Shown here: piece after piece, positions 25,267-40,700 of the stretch | How the letters are laid out: the number at the start of each line of letters is the position of its first letter | Numbering within the stretch: the first letter of the stretch is position 1 | Source: Auanema rhodensis | Lineage: Eukaryota; Animalia; Nematoda | Reading direction: 5' to 3' | DNA: 64,000 nt | Assembly (NCBI GenBank): GCA_964057225.1 | Contig: OZ059897.1 | Coordinates: forward strand, 310,001 to 374,000 | Made by a program: the position numbers and the translations under genes | The notes under the pieces: generated by a model | Seen by the model: the letters and a program-made list of their open reading frames with translations, nothing else | What the model was told of the DNA's origin: nothing | The model's database searches: none

Positions 25267-28200
25267 GTACATGGAAACTCAACATACACTAATGCATCAT
25301 TTTTCAAACGATCATAACTAATTTTTGTATTAAGCGTTTCTCAATGTAGTATAGTGCATTCGATGCGGATTTTTAAGCTGCGTCGATCTCTGTTATCAGA
25401 TTTGCGCTAGCTTAAAAATGCACCGAGATATCAACTGATATAAGTTCACACTTATATCCTCGATTTTCACCCTGAAGAATTAATTTTTTCGTTGAATAAC
25501 ATTGTCCATCGTCTTTGCCTTGAATAAAGGAATCTAAAAACACCTACTTTTTGCTAAATTATTTTGAAATTTTTCGAAAAAATTTTTGTCAAAATGTTTT
25601 TGGAAGCAATGTTGAGTGTACATGGAAACTCAACATACACTAATGCATCATTTTTCAAACGATCATAACTAATTTTTGTATTAAGCGTTTCTCAATGTAG
25701 TATAGTGCATTCGATGCGGATTTTTAAGCTGCGTCGATCTGTGTTATCAGATTTGCGCTAGCTTAAAAATGCACCGAGATATCAACTGATATAAGTTCAC
25801 ACTTATATCCTCGATTTTCACCCTGAAGGAATAATTTTTTCGTTGAATAACATTGTCCATCGTCTTTGCCTTGAAAAAAGGAATCTAAAAACATCTACTT
25901 TTTGCTAAATTATTTTGAAATTTTTCGAAAAAATTTTTGTCAAAATGTTTTTGGAAGCATTGTTGAGTGTACATGGAAACTCAACATACACTAATGCATC
26001 ATTTTTCAAACGATCATAACTAATTTTTGTATTAAGCGTTTCTCAATGTAGTATAGTGCATTCGATGCGGATTTTTAAGCTGCGTCGATCTGTGTTATCA
26101 GATTTGCGCTAGCTTAAAAATGCACCGAGATATCAACTGATATAAGTTCACACTTATATCCTCGATTTTCACCCTGAAGGAATAATTTTTTCGTTGAATA
26201 ACATTGTCCATCGTCTTTGCCTTGAAAAAAGGAATCTAAAAACATCTACTTTTTGCTAAATTATTTTGAAATTTTTCGAAAAAATTTTTGTCAAAATGTT
26301 TTTGGAAGCATTGTTGAGTGTACATGGAAACTCAACATACACTAATGCATCATTTTTCAAACGATCATAACTAATTTTTGTATTAAGCCTTTCTCAATGT
26401 AGTATAGTGCATTCGATGCGGATTTTTAAGCTGCGTCGATCTCTGTTATCAGATTTGCGCTAGCTTAAAAATGCACCGAGATATCAACTGATATAAGTTC
26501 ACACTTATATCCTCGATTTTCACCCTGAAGAATTAATTTTTTCGTTGAATAACATTGTCCATCGTCTTTGCCTTGAAAAAAGGAATCTAAAAACATCTAC
26601 TTTTTGCTAAATTATTTTGAAATTTTTCGAAAAAATTTTTGTCAAAATGTTTTTGGAAGCATTGTTGAGTGTACATGGAAACTCAACATACACTAATGCA
26701 TCATTTTTCAAACGATCATAACTAATTTTTGTATTGAGCGTTTCTCAATGTAGTATAGTGCATTCGATGCGGATTTTTAAGCTGCGTCGATCTGTGTTAT
26801 CAGATTTGCGCTAGCTTAAAAATGCACCGAGATATCAACTGATATAAGTTCACACTTATATCCTCGATTTTCACCCTGAAGAATTAATTTTTTCGTTGAA
26901 TAACATTGTCCATCGTCTTTGCCTTGAAAAAAGAAATCTAAAAACATCTACTTTTTGCTAAATTATTTTGAAATTTTTCGAAAAAATTTTTGTCAAAATG
27001 TTTTTGGAAGCATTGTTGAGTGTACATGGAAACTCAACATACACTAATGCATCATTTTTCAAACGATCATAACTAATTTTTGTATTAAGCGTTTCTCAAT
27101 GTAGTATAGTGCATTCGATGCGGATTTTTAAGCTGCGTCGATCTGTGTTATCAGATTTGCGCTAGCTTAAAAATGCACCGAGATATCAACTGATATAAGT
27201 TCACACTTATATCCTCGATTTTCACCCTGAAGAATTAATTTTTTCGTTGAATAACATTGTCCATCGTCTTTGCCTTGAATAAAGGAATCTAAAAACACCT
27301 ACTTTTTGCTAAATTATTTTGAAATTTTTCGAAAAAATTTTTGTCAAAATGTTTTTGGAAGCAATGTTGAGTGTACATGGAAACTCAACATACACTAATG
27401 CATCATTTTTCAAACGATCATAACTAATTTTTGTATTAAGCGTTTCTCAATGTAGTATAGTGCATTCGATGCGGATTTTTAAGCTGCGTCGATCTGTGTT
27501 ATCAGATTTGCGCTAGCTTAAAAATGCACCGAGATATCAACTGATATAAGTTCACACTTATATCCTCGATTTTCACCCTGAAGGAATAATTTTTTCGTTG
27601 AATAACATTGTCCATCGTCTTTGCCTTGAAAAAAGGAATCTAAAAACATCTACTTTTTGCTAAATTATTTTGAAATTTTTCGAAAAAATTTTTGTCAAAA
27701 TGTTTTTGGAAGCATTGTTGAGTGTACATGGAAACTCAACATACACTAATGCATCATTTTTCAAACGATCATAACTAATTTTTGTATTAAGCGTTTCTCA
27801 ATGTAGTATAGTGCATTCGATGCGGATTTTTAAGCTGCGTCGATCTGTGTTATCAGATTTGCGCTAGCTTAAAAATGCACCGAGATATCAACTGATATAA
27901 GTTCACACTTATATCCTCGATTTTCACCCTGAAGGAATAATTTTTTCGTTGAATAACATTGTCCATCGTCTTTGCCTTGAAAAAAGGAATCTAAAAACAT
28001 CTACTTTTTGCTAAATTATTTTGAAATTTTTCGAAAAAATTTTTGTCAAAATGTTTTTGGAAGCATTGTTGAGTGTACATGGAAACTCAACATACACTAA
28101 TGCATCATTTTTCAAACGATCATAACTAATTTTTGTATTAAGCCTTTCTCAATGTAGTATAGTGCATTCGATGCGGATTTTTAAGCTGCGTCGATCTCTG

Positions 28201-28776
28201 TTATCAGATTTGCGCTAGCTTAAAAATGCACCGAGATATCAACTGATATAAGTTCACACTTATATCCTCGATTTTCACCCTGAAGAATTAATTTTTTCGT
28301 TGAATAACATTGTCCATCGTCTTTGCCTTGAAAAAAGGAATCTAAAAACATCTACTTTTTGCTAAATTATTTTGAAATTTTTCGAAAAAATTTTTGTCAA
28401 AATGTTTTTGGAAGCATTGTTGAGTGTACATGGAAACTCAACATACACTAATGCATCATTTTTCAAACGATCATAACTAATTTTTGTATTGAGCGTTTCT
28501 CAATGTAGTATAGTGCATTCGATGCGGATTTTTAAGCTGCGTCGATCTGTGTTATCAGATTTGCGCTAGCTTAAAAATGCACCGAGATATCAACTGATAT
28601 AAGTTCACACTTATATCCTCGATTTTCACCCTGAAGAATTAATTTTTTCGTTGAATAACATTGTCCATCGTCTTTGCCTTGAAAAAAGAAATCTAAAAAC
28701 ATCTACTTTTTGCTAAATTATTTTGAAATTTTTCGAAAAAATTTTTGTCAAAATGTTTTTGGAAGCATTGTTGAGT
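25267..28776 (+). repeat. 5-monomer higher-order repeat (1755 bp) x2
   Basis: Series CACCT / GGAATA / GGAATA / AGCCTT+ATCTCT / TTGAGC+AAAGAAAT starting at 25267 and 27022. Confidence 0.85.
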
Positions 28777-31700
28777 GTACATGGAAACTCAACATACACT
28801 AATGCATCATTTTTCAAACGATCATAACTAATTTTTGTATTAAGCGTTTCTCAATGTAGTAAGTGCATTCGATGCGGATTTTTAAGCTGCGTCGATCTGT
28901 GTTATCAGATTTGCGCTAGCTTAAAAATTCACCGAGATATCAACTGATATAAGTTCACACTTATATCCTCGATTTTCACCCTGAAGGAATAATTTTTTCG
29001 TTGAATAACATTGTTCATCGTCTTTGCCTTGAAAAAAGGAATCTAAAAACATCTACTTTTTGCTAAATTATTTTGAAATTTTTCGAAAAAATTTTTGTCA
29101 AAATGTTTTTGGAAGCATTGTTGAGTGTACATGGAAACTCAACATACACTAATGCATCATTTTTCAAACGATCATAACTAGTTTTTGTATTAAGCCTTTC
29201 TCAATGTAGTATAGTGCATTCGATGCGGATTTTTAAGCTGCGTCGATCTCTGTTATCAGATTTGCGCTAGCTTAAAAATGCACCGAGATATCAACTGATA
29301 TAAGTTCACACTTATATCCTCGATTTTCACCCTGAAGGAATAATTTTTTCGTTGAATAACATTGTCCATCGTCTTTGCCTTGAAAAAAGGAATCTAAAAA
29401 CATCTACTTTTTGCTAAATTATTTTGAAATTTTTCGAAAAAATTTTTGTCAAAATGTTTTTGGAAGCATTGTTGAGTGTACATGGAAACTCAACATACAC
29501 TAATGCATCATTTTTCAAACGATCATAACTAATTTTTGTATTAAGCCTTTCTTAATGTAGTATAGTGCATTCGATGCGGATTTCTAAGCTGCGTCGATCT
29601 CTGTTATCAGATTTGCGCTAGCTTAAAAATGCACCGAGATATCAACTGATATAAGTTCACACTTATATCCTCGATTTTCACCCTGAACAATTAATTTTTT
29701 CGTTGAATAACATTGTCCATCGTCTTTGCCTTGAATAAAGGAATCTAAAAACATCTACTTTTGGCTAAATTATTTTGAAATTTTTCGAAAAAATTTTTGT
29801 CAAAATGTTTTTGGAAGCAATGTTGAGTGTACATGGAAACTCAACATACACTAATGCATCATTTTTCAAACGATCATAACTAATTTTTGTATTGAGCGTT
29901 TCTCAATGTAGTATAGTGCATTCGATGCGGATTTTTAAGCTGCGTCGATCTGTGTTATCAGATTTGCGCTAGCTTAAAAATGCACCGAGATATCAACTGA
30001 TATAAGTTCACACTTATATCCTCGATTTTCACCCTGAAGGAATAATTTTTTCGTTGAATAACATTGTCCATCGTCTTTGCCTTGAAAAAAGGAATCTAAA
30101 AACATCTACTCTTTGCTAAATTATTTTGAAATTTTTCGAAAAAATTTTTGTCAAAATGTTTTTGGAAGCATTGTTGAGTGTACATGGAAACTCAACATAC
30201 ACTAATGCATCATTTTTCAAACGATCATAACTAATTTTTGTATTAAGCGTTTCTCAATGTAGTATAGTGCATTCGCTGCGGATTTTTAAGCTGCGTCGAT
30301 CTGTGTTATCAGATTTGCGCTAGCTTAAAAATGCACCGAGATATCAACTGATATAAGTTCACACTTATATCCTCGATTTTCACCCTGAAGGAATAATTTT
30401 TTCGTTGAATAACATTGTCCATCGTCTTTGCCTTGAAAAAAGGAATCTAAAAACATCTACTTTTTGCTAAATTATTTTGAAATTTTTCGAAAAAATTTTT
30501 GTCAAAATGTTTTTGGAAGCAATGTTGAGTGTACATGGAAACTCAACATACACTAATGCATCATTTTTCAAACGATCATAACTAATTTTTGTATTAAGCG
30601 TTTCTCAATGTAGTATAGTGCATTCGATGCGGATTTTTAAGCTGCGTCGATCTGTGTTATCAAATTTGCGCTAGCTTAAAAATGCACCGAGATATCAACT
30701 GATATAAGTTCACACTTATATCCTCGATTTTCACCCTGAAGGAATAATTTTTTCGTTGAATAACATTGTCCATAGTTTTTGCCTTGAAAAAAGGAATCTA
30801 AAAACATCTACTTTTTGCTAAATTATTTTGAAATTTTTCGAAAAAATTTTTGTCAAAATGTTTTTGGAAGCATTGTTGAGTGTACATGGAAACTCAACAT
30901 ACACTAATGCATCATTTTTCAAACGATCATAACTAATTTTTGTATTAAGCGTTTCTCAATGTAGTATAGTGCATTCGATGCGGATTTTTAAGCTGCGTCG
31001 ATCTGTGTTATCAGATTTGCGCTATCTTAAAAATGCACCGAGATATCAACTGATATAAGTTCACACTTATATCCTCGATTTTCACCCTGAAGAATTAATT
31101 TTTTCGTTGAATAACATTGTCCATCGTCTTTGCCTTGAATAAAGGAATCTAAAAACACCTACTTTTTGCTAAATTATTTTGAAATTTTTCGAAAAAATTT
31201 TTGTCAAAATGTTTTTGGAAGCAATGTTGAGTGTACATGGAAACTCAACATACACTAATGCATCATTTTTCAAACGATCATAACTAATTTTTGTATCAAG
31301 CGTTTCTCAATGTAGTATAGTGCAATCGATGCGGATTTTTAAGCTGCGTCGATCTGTGTTATCAGATTTGCGCTAGCTTAAAAATGCACCGAGATATCAA
31401 CTGATATAAGTTCACACTTATATCCTCGATTTTCACCCTGAAGGAATAATTTTTTCGTTGAATAACATTGTCCATAGTCTTTGCCTTGAAAAAAGGAATC
31501 TAAAAACATCTACTTTTTGCTAAATTATTTTGAAATTTTTCGAAAAAATTTTTGTCAAAATGTTTTTGGAAGCATTGTTGAGTGTACATGGAAACTCAAC
31601 ATACACTAATGCATCATTTTTCAAACGATCATAACTAATTTTTGTATTAAGCGTTTCTCAATGTAGTATAGTGCATTCGATGCGGATTTTTAAGCTGCGT

Positions 31701-31934
31701 CGATCTGTGTTATCAGATTTGCGCTAGCTTAAAAATGCACCGAGATATCAACTGATATAAGTTCACACTTATATCCTCGATTTTCACCCTGAAGGAATAA
31801 TTTTTTCGTTGAATAACATTGTCCATCGTCTTTGCCTTGAAAAAAGGAATCTAAAAACATCTACTTTTTGCTAAATTATTTTGAAATTTTTCGAAAAAAT
31901 TTTTGTCAAAATGTTTTTGGAAGCATTGTTGAGT

Positions 31935-34742
31935 GTACATGGAAACTCAACATACACTAATGCATCATTTTTCAAACGATCATAACTAATTTTTGTATTA
32001 AGCGTTTCTCAATGTAGTATAGTGCATTCGATGCGGATTTTTAAGCTGCGTCGATCTGTGTTATCAGATTTGCGCTAGCTTAAAAATGCACCGAGATATC
32101 AACTGATATAAGTTCACACTTATATCCTCGATTTTCACCCTGAAGAATTAATTTTTTCGTTGAATAACATTGTCCATAGTCTTTGCCTTGAAAAAAGGAA
32201 TCTAAAAACATCTACTTTTTGCTAAATTATTTTGAAATTTTTCGAAAAAATTTTTGTCAAAATGTTTTTGGAAGCATTGTTGAGTGTACATGGAAACTCA
32301 ACATACACTAATGCATCATTTTTCAAACGATCATAACTAATTTTTGTATTAAGCGTTTCTCAATGTAGTATAGTGCATTCGATGCGGATTTTTAAGCTGC
32401 GTCGATCTGTGTTATCAGATTTGCGCTAGCTTAAAAATGCACCGAGATATCAACTGATATAAGTTCACACTTATATCCTCGATTTTCACCCTGAAGGAAT
32501 AATTTTTTCGTTGAATAACATTGTCCATCGTCTTTGCCTTGAAAAAAGGAATCTAAAAACATCTACTTTTTGCTAAATTATTTTGAAATTTTTCGAAAAA
32601 ATTTTTGTCAAAATGTTTTTGGAAGCATTGTTGAGTGTACATGGAAACTCAACATACACTAATGCATCATTTTTCAAACGATCATAACTAATTTTTGTAT
32701 TAAGCGTTTCTCAATGTAGTATAGTGCATTCGATGCGGATTTTTAAGCTGCGTCGATCTGTGTTATCAGATTTGCACTAGCTTAAAAATGCACCGAGATA
32801 TCAACTGATATAAGTTCACACTTATATCCTCGATTTTCACCCTGAAGGAATAATTTTTTCGTTGAATAACATTGTCCATCGTCTTTGCCTTGAAAAAAGG
32901 AATCTAAAAACATCTACTTTTTGCTAAATTATTTTGAAATTTTTCGAAAAAATTTTTGTCAAAATGTTTTTGGAAGCATTGTTGAGTGTACATGGAAACT
33001 CAACATACACTAATGCATCATTTTTCAAACGATCATAACTAATTTTTGTATTAAGCGTTTCTTAATGTAGTATAGTGCATTCGATGCGGATTTTTAAGCT
33101 GCGTCGATCTCTGTTATCAGATTTGCGCTAGCTTAAAAATGCACCGAGATATCAACTGATATAAGTTCACACTTATATCCTCGATTTTCACCCTGAAGAA
33201 TTAATTTTTTCGTTGAATAACATTGTCCATCGTCTTTGCCTTGAAAAAAGGAATCTAAAAACATCTACTTTTTGCTAAATTATTTTGAAATTTTTCGAAA
33301 AAATTTTTGTCAAAATGTTTTTGGAAGCATTGTTGAGTGTACATGGAAACTCAACATACACTAATGCATCATTTTTCAAACGATCATAACTAATTTTTGT
33401 ATTAAGCGTTTCTCAATGTAGTATAGTGCATTCGATGCGGATTTTTAAGCTGCGTCGATCTGTGTTATCAGATTTGCGCTAGCTTAAAAATGCACCGAGA
33501 TATCAACTGATATAAGTTCACACTTATATCCTCGATTTTCACCCTGAAGAATTAATTTTTTCGTTGAATAACATTGTCCATAGTCTTTGCCTTGAAAAAA
33601 GGAATCTAAAAACATCTACTTTTTGCTAAATTATTTTGAAATTTTTCGAAAAAATTTTTGTCAAAATGTTTTTGGAAGCATTGTTGAGTGTACATGGAAA
33701 CTCAACATACACTAATGCATCATTTTTCAAACGATCATAACTAATTTTTGTATTAAGCGTTTCTCAATGTAGTATAGTGCATTCGATGCGGATTTTTAAG
33801 CTGCGTCGATCTGTGTTATCAGATTTGCGCTAGCTTAAAAATGCACCGAGATATCAACTGATATAAGTTCACACTTATATCCTCGATTTTCACCCTGAAG
33901 GAATAATTTTTTCGTTGAATAACATTGTCCATCGTCTTTGCCTTGAAAAAAGGAATCTAAAAACATCTACTTTTTGCTAAATTATTTTGAAATTTTTCGA
34001 AAAAATTTTTGTCAAAATGTTTTTGGAAGCATTGTTGAGTGTACATGGAAACTCAACATACACTAATGCATCATTTTTCAAACGATCATAACTAATTTTT
34101 GTATTAAGCGTTTCTCAATGTAGTATAGTGCATTCGATGCGGATTTTTAAGCTGCGTCGATCTGTGTTATCAGATTTGCACTAGCTTAAAAATGCACCGA
34201 GATATCAACTGATATAAGTTCACACTTATATCCTCGATTTTCACCCTGAAGGAATAATTTTTTCGTTGAATAACATTGTCCATCGTCTTTGCCTTGAAAA
34301 AAGGAATCTAAAAACATCTACTTTTTGCTAAATTATTTTGAAATTTTTCGAAAAAATTTTTGTCAAAATGTTTTTGGAAGCATTGTTGAGTGTACATGGA
34401 AACTCAACATACACTAATGCATCATTTTTCAAACGATCATAACTAATTTTTGTATTAAGCGTTTCTTAATGTAGTATAGTGCATTCGATGCGGATTTTTA
34501 AGCTGCGTCGATCTCTGTTATCAGATTTGCGCTAGCTTAAAAATGCACCGAGATATCAACTGATATAAGTTCACACTTATATCCTCGATTTTCACCCTGA
34601 AGAATTAATTTTTTCGTTGAATAACATTGTCCATCGTCTTTGCCTTGAATAAAGGAATCTAAAAACATCTACTTTTTGCTAAATTATTTTGAAATTTTTC
34701 GAAAAAATTTTTGTCAAAATGTTTTTGGAAGCAATGTTGAGT
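31935..34742 (+). repeat. 4-monomer higher-order repeat (1404 bp) x2
   Basis: Series CCATAG / GGAATA / TGCACTAG / TTCTTAAT+ATCTCT starting at 31935 and 33339; partial third echo at 35796-36848. Confidence 0.85.
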
Positions 34743-37700
34743 GTACATGGAAACTCAACATACACTAATGCATCATTTTTCAAACGATCATAACTAATTT
34801 TTGTATTAAGCGTTTCTCAATGTAGTATAGTGCATTCGATGCGGATTTTTAAGCTGCGTCGATCTGTGTTATCAGATTTGCGCTAGCTTAAAAATGCACC
34901 GAGATATCAACTGATATAAGTTCACACTTATATCCTCGATTTTCACCCTGAAGGAATAATTTTTTCGTTGAATAACATTGTCCATCGTCTTTGCCTTGAA
35001 AAAAGGAATCTAAAAACATCTACTTTTTGCTAAATTATTTTGAAATTTTTCGAAAAAATTTTTGTCAAAATGTTTTTGGAAGCATTGTTGAGTGTACATG
35101 GAAACTCAACATACACTAATGCATCATTTTTCAAACGATCATAACTAATTTTTGTATTAAGCCTTTCTCAATGTAGTATAGTGCATTCGATGCGGATTTT
35201 TAAGCTGCGTCGATCTGTGTTATCAGATTTGCGCTAGCTTAAAAATGCACCGAGATATCAACTGATATAAGTTCACACTTATATCCTCGATTTTCACCCT
35301 GAAGGAATAATTTTTTCGTTGAATAACATTGTCCATCGTCTTTGCCTTGAAAAAAGGAATCTAAAAACATCTACTTTTTGCTAAATTATTTTGAAATTTT
35401 TCGAAAAAATTTTTGTCAAAATGTTTTTGGAAGCAATGTTGAGTGTACATGGAAACTCAACATACACTAATGCATCATTTTTCAAACGATCATAACTAAT
35501 TTTTGTATTAAGCCTTTCTCAATGTAGTATAGTGCATTCGATGCGGATTTTTAAGCTGCGTCGATCTCTGTTATCAGATTTGCGCTAGCTTAAAAATGCA
35601 CCGAGATATCAACTGATATAAGTTCACACTTATATCCTCGATTTTCACCCTGAAGGAATAATTTTTTCGTTGAATAACATTGTCCATCGTCTTTGCCTTG
35701 AAAAAAGGAATCTAAAAACATCTACTTTTTGCTAAATTATTTTGAAATTTTTCGAAAAAATTTTTGTCAAAATGTTTTTGGAAGCATTGTTGAGTGTACA
35801 TGGAAACTCAACATACACTAATGCATCATTTTTCAAACGATCATAACTAATTTTTGTATTAAGCGTTTCTCAATGTAGTATAGTGCATTCGATGCGGATT
35901 TTTAAGCTGCGTCGATCTGTGTTATCAGATTTGCACTAGCTTAAAAATGCACCGAGATATCAACTGATATAAGTTCACACTTATATCCTCGATTTTCACC
36001 CTGAAGGAATAATTTTTTCGTTGAATAACATTGTCCATCGTCTTTGCCTTGAAAAAAGGAATCTAAAAACATCTACTTTTTGCTAAATTATTTTGAAATT
36101 TTTCGAAAAAATTTTTGTCAAAATGTTTTTGGAAGCATTGTTGAGTGTACATGGAAACTCAACATACACTAATGCATCATTTTTCAAACGATCATAACTA
36201 ATTTTTGTATTAAGCGTTTCTTAATGTAGTATAGTGCATTCGATGCGGATTTTTAAGCTGCGTCGATCTCTGTTATCAGATTTGCGCTAGCTTAAAAATG
36301 CACCGAGATATCAACTGATATAAGTTCACACTTATATCCTCGATTTTCACCCTGAAGAATTAATTTTTTCGTTGAATAACATTGTCCATCGTCTTTGCCT
36401 TGAATAAAGGAATCTAAAAACATCTACTTTTTGCTAAATTATTTTGAAATTTTTCGAAAAAATTTTTGTCAAAATGTTTTTGGAAGCAATGTTGAGTGTA
36501 CATGGAAACTCAACATACACTAATGCATCATTTTTCAAACGATCATAACTAATTTTTGTATTAAGCGTTTCTCAATGTAGTATAGTGCATTCGATGCGGA
36601 TTTTTAAGCTGCGTCGATCTGTGTTATCAGATTTGCGCTAGCTTAAAAATGCACCGAGATATCAACTGATATAAGTTCACACTTATATCCTCGATTTTCA
36701 CCCTGAAGGAATAATTTTTTCGTTGAATAACATTGTCCATCGTCTTTGCCTTGAAAAAAGGAATCTAAAAACATCTACTTTTTGCTAAATTATTTTGAAA
36801 TTTTTCGAAAAAATTTTTGTCAAAATGTTTTTGGAAGCATTGTTGAGTGTACATGGAAACTCAACATACACTAATGCATCATTTTTCAAACGATCATAAC
36901 TAATTTTTGTATTAAGCCTTTCTCAATGTAGTATAGTGCATTCGATGCGGATTTTTAAGCTGCGTCGATCTCTGTTATCAGATTTGCGCTAGCTTAAAAA
37001 TGCACCGAGATATCAACTGATATAAGTTCACACTTATATCCTCGATTTTCACCCTGAAGAATTAATTTTTTCGTTGAATAACATTGTCCATCGTCTTTGC
37101 CTTGAATAAAGGAATCTAAAAACATCTACTTTTTGCTAAATTATTTTGAAATTTTTCGAAAAAATTTTTGTCAAAATGTTTTTGGAAGCAATGTTGAGTG
37201 TACATGGAAACTCAACATACACTAATGCATCATTTTTCAAACGATCATAACTAATTTTTGTATTGAGCGTTTCTCAATGTAGTATAGTGCATTCGATGCG
37301 GATTTCTAAGCTGCGTCGATCTGTGTTATCAGATTTGCGCTAGCTTAAAAATGCACCGAGATATCAACTGATATAAGTTCACACTTATATCCTCGATTTT
37401 CACCCTGAAGGAATAATTTTTTCGTTGAATAACATTGTCCATCGTCTTTGCCTTGAAAAAAGGAATCTAAAAACATCTACTTTCTGCTAAATTATTTTGA
37501 AATTTTTCGAAAAAATTTTTGTCAAAATGTTTTTGGAAGCATTGTTGAGTGTACATGGAAACTCAACATACACTAATGCATCATTTTTCAAACGATCATA
37601 ACTAATTTTTGTATTAAGCGTTTCTCAATGTAGTATAGTGCATTCGATGCGGATTTTTAAGCTGCGTCGATCTGTGTTATCAGATTTGCGCTAGCTTAAA

Positions 37701-40700
37701 AATGCACCGAGATATCAACTGATATAAGTTCACACTTATATCCTCGATTTTCACCCTGAAGGAATAATTTTTTCGTTGAATAACATTGTCCATCGTCTTT
37801 GCCTTGAAAAAAGGAATCTAAAAACATCTACTTTTTGCTAAATTATTTTGAAATTTTTCGAAAAAATTTTTGTCAAAATGTTTTTGGAAGCATTGTTGAG
37901 TGTACATGGAAACTCAACATACACTAATGCATCATTTTTCAAACGATCATAACTAATTTTTGTATTAAGCGTTTCTCAATGTAGTATAGTGCATTCGATG
38001 CGGATTTTTAAGCTGCGTCGATCTGTGTTATCAGATTTGCGCTAGCTTAAAAATGCACCGAGATATCAACTGATATAAGTTCACACTTATATCCTCGATT
38101 TTCACCCTGAAGAATTAATTTTTTCGTTGAATAACATTGTCCATCGTCTTTGCCTTGAATAAAGGAATCTAAAAACATCTACTTTTTGCTAAATTATTTC
38201 GAAATTTTTCGAAAAAATTTTTGTCAAAATGTTTTTGGAAGCATTGTTGAGTGTACATGGAAACTCAACATACACTAATGCATCATTTTTCAAACGATCA
38301 TAACTAATTTTTGTATTAAGCCTTTCTCAATGTAGTATAGTGCATTCGATGCGGATTTTTAAGCTGCGTCGATCTCTGTTATCAGATTTGCGCTAGCTTA
38401 AAAATGCACCGAGATATCAACTGATATAAGTTCACACTTATATCCTCGATTTTCACCCTGAAGAATTAATTTTTTCGTTGAATAACATTGTCCATCGTCT
38501 TTGCCTTGAATAAAGGAATCTAAAAACATCTACTTTTTGCTAAATTATTTTGAAATTTTTCGAAAAAATTTTTGTCAAAATGTTTTTGGAAGCAATGTTG
38601 AGTGTACATGGAAACTCAACATACACTAATGCATCATTTTTCAAACGATCATAACTAATTTTTGTATCAAGCGTTTCTCAATGTAGTATAGTGCATTCGA
38701 TGCGGATTTTTGAGCTGCGTCGATCTCTGTTATCAGATTTGCGCTAGCTTAAAAATGCACCGAGATATCAACTGATATAAGTTCACACTTATATCCTCGA
38801 TTTTCACCCTGAAGGAATAATTTTTTCGTTGAATAACATTGTCCATCGTCTTTGCCTTGAATAAAGGAATCTAAAAACATCTACTTTTTGCTAAATTATT
38901 TTGAAATTTTTCGAAAAAATTTTTGTCAAAATGTTTTTGGAAGCAATGTTGAGTGTACATGGAAACTCAACATACACTAATGCATCATTTTTCAAACGAT
39001 CATAACTAATTTTTGTATTAAGCGTTTCTCAATGTAGTATAGTGCATTCGATGCGGATTTTTAAGCTGCGTCGATCTGTGTTATCAGATTTGCGCTAGCT
39101 TAAAAATGCACCGAGATATCAACTGATATAAGTTCACACTTATATCCTCGATTTTCACCCTGAAGAATTAATTTTTTCGTTGAATAACATTGTCCATCGT
39201 CTTTGCCTTGAAAAAAGGAATCTAAAAACATCTACTTTTTGCTAAATTATTTTGAAATTTTTCGAAAAAATTTTTGTCAAAATGTTTTTGGAAGCATTGT
39301 TGAGTGTACATGGAAACTCAACATACACTAATGCATCATTTTTCAAACGATCATAACTAATTTTTGTATTAAGCGTTTTTCAATGTAGTATAGTGCATTC
39401 GATGCGGATTTTTAAGCTGCGTCGATCTGTGTTATCAGATTTGCGCTAGCTTAAAAATGCACCGAGATATCAACTGATATAAGTTCACACTTATATCCTC
39501 GATTTTCACCCTGAAGGAATAATTTTTTCGTTGAATAACATTGTCCATCGTCTTTGCCTTGAAAAAAGGAATCTAAAAACATCTACTTTTTGCTAAATTA
39601 TTTTGAAATTTTTCGAAAAAATTTTTGTCAAAATGTTTTTGGAAGCATTGTTGAGTGTACATGGAAACTCAACATACACTAATGCATCATTTTTCAAACG
39701 ATCATAACTAATTTTTGTATTAAGCGTTTCTCAATGTAGTATAGTGCATTCGATGCGGATTTTTAAGCTGCGTCGATCTGTGTTATCAGATTTGCGCTAG
39801 CTTAAAAATGCACCGAGATATCAACTGATATAAGTTCACACTTATATCCTCGATTTTCACCCTGAAGGAATAATTTTTTCGTTGAATAACATTGTCCATC
39901 GTCTTTGCCTTGAAAAAAGGAATCTAAAAACATCTACTTTTTGCTAAATTATTTTGAAATTTTTCGAAAAAATTTTTGTCAAAATGTTTTTGGAAGCAAT
40001 GTTGAGTGTACATGGAAACTCAACATACACTAATGCATCATTTTTCAAACGATCATAACTAATTTTTGTATTAAGCGTTTCTCAATGTAGTATAGTGCAT
40101 TCGATGCGGATTTTTGAGCTGCGTCGATCTCTGTTATCAGATTTGCGCTAGCTTAAAAATGCACCGAGATATCAACTGATATAAGTTCACACTTATATCC
40201 TCGATTTTCACCCTGAAGGAATAATTTTTTCGTTGAATAACATTGTCCATCGTCTTTGCCTTGAATAAAGGAATCTAAAAACATCTACTTTTTGCTAAAT
40301 TATTTTGAAATTTTTCGAAAAAATTTTTGTCAAAATGTTTTTGGAAGCAATGTTGAGTGTACATGGAAACTCAACATACACTAATGCATCATTTTTCAAA
40401 CGATCATAACTAATTTTTGTATTAAGCGTTTCTCAATGTAGTATAGTGCATTCGATGCGGATTTTTAAGCTGCGTCGATCTCTGTTATCAGATTTGCGCT
40501 AGCTTAAAAATGCACCGAGATATCAACTGATATAAGTTCACACTTATATCCTCGATTTTCACCCTGAAGAATTAATTTTTTCGTTGAATAACATTGTCCA
40601 TCGTCTTTGCTTTGAATAAAGGAATCTAAAAACATCTACTTTTTGCTATATTATTTTGAAATTTTTCGAAAAAATTTTTGTCAAAATGTTTTTGGAAGCA

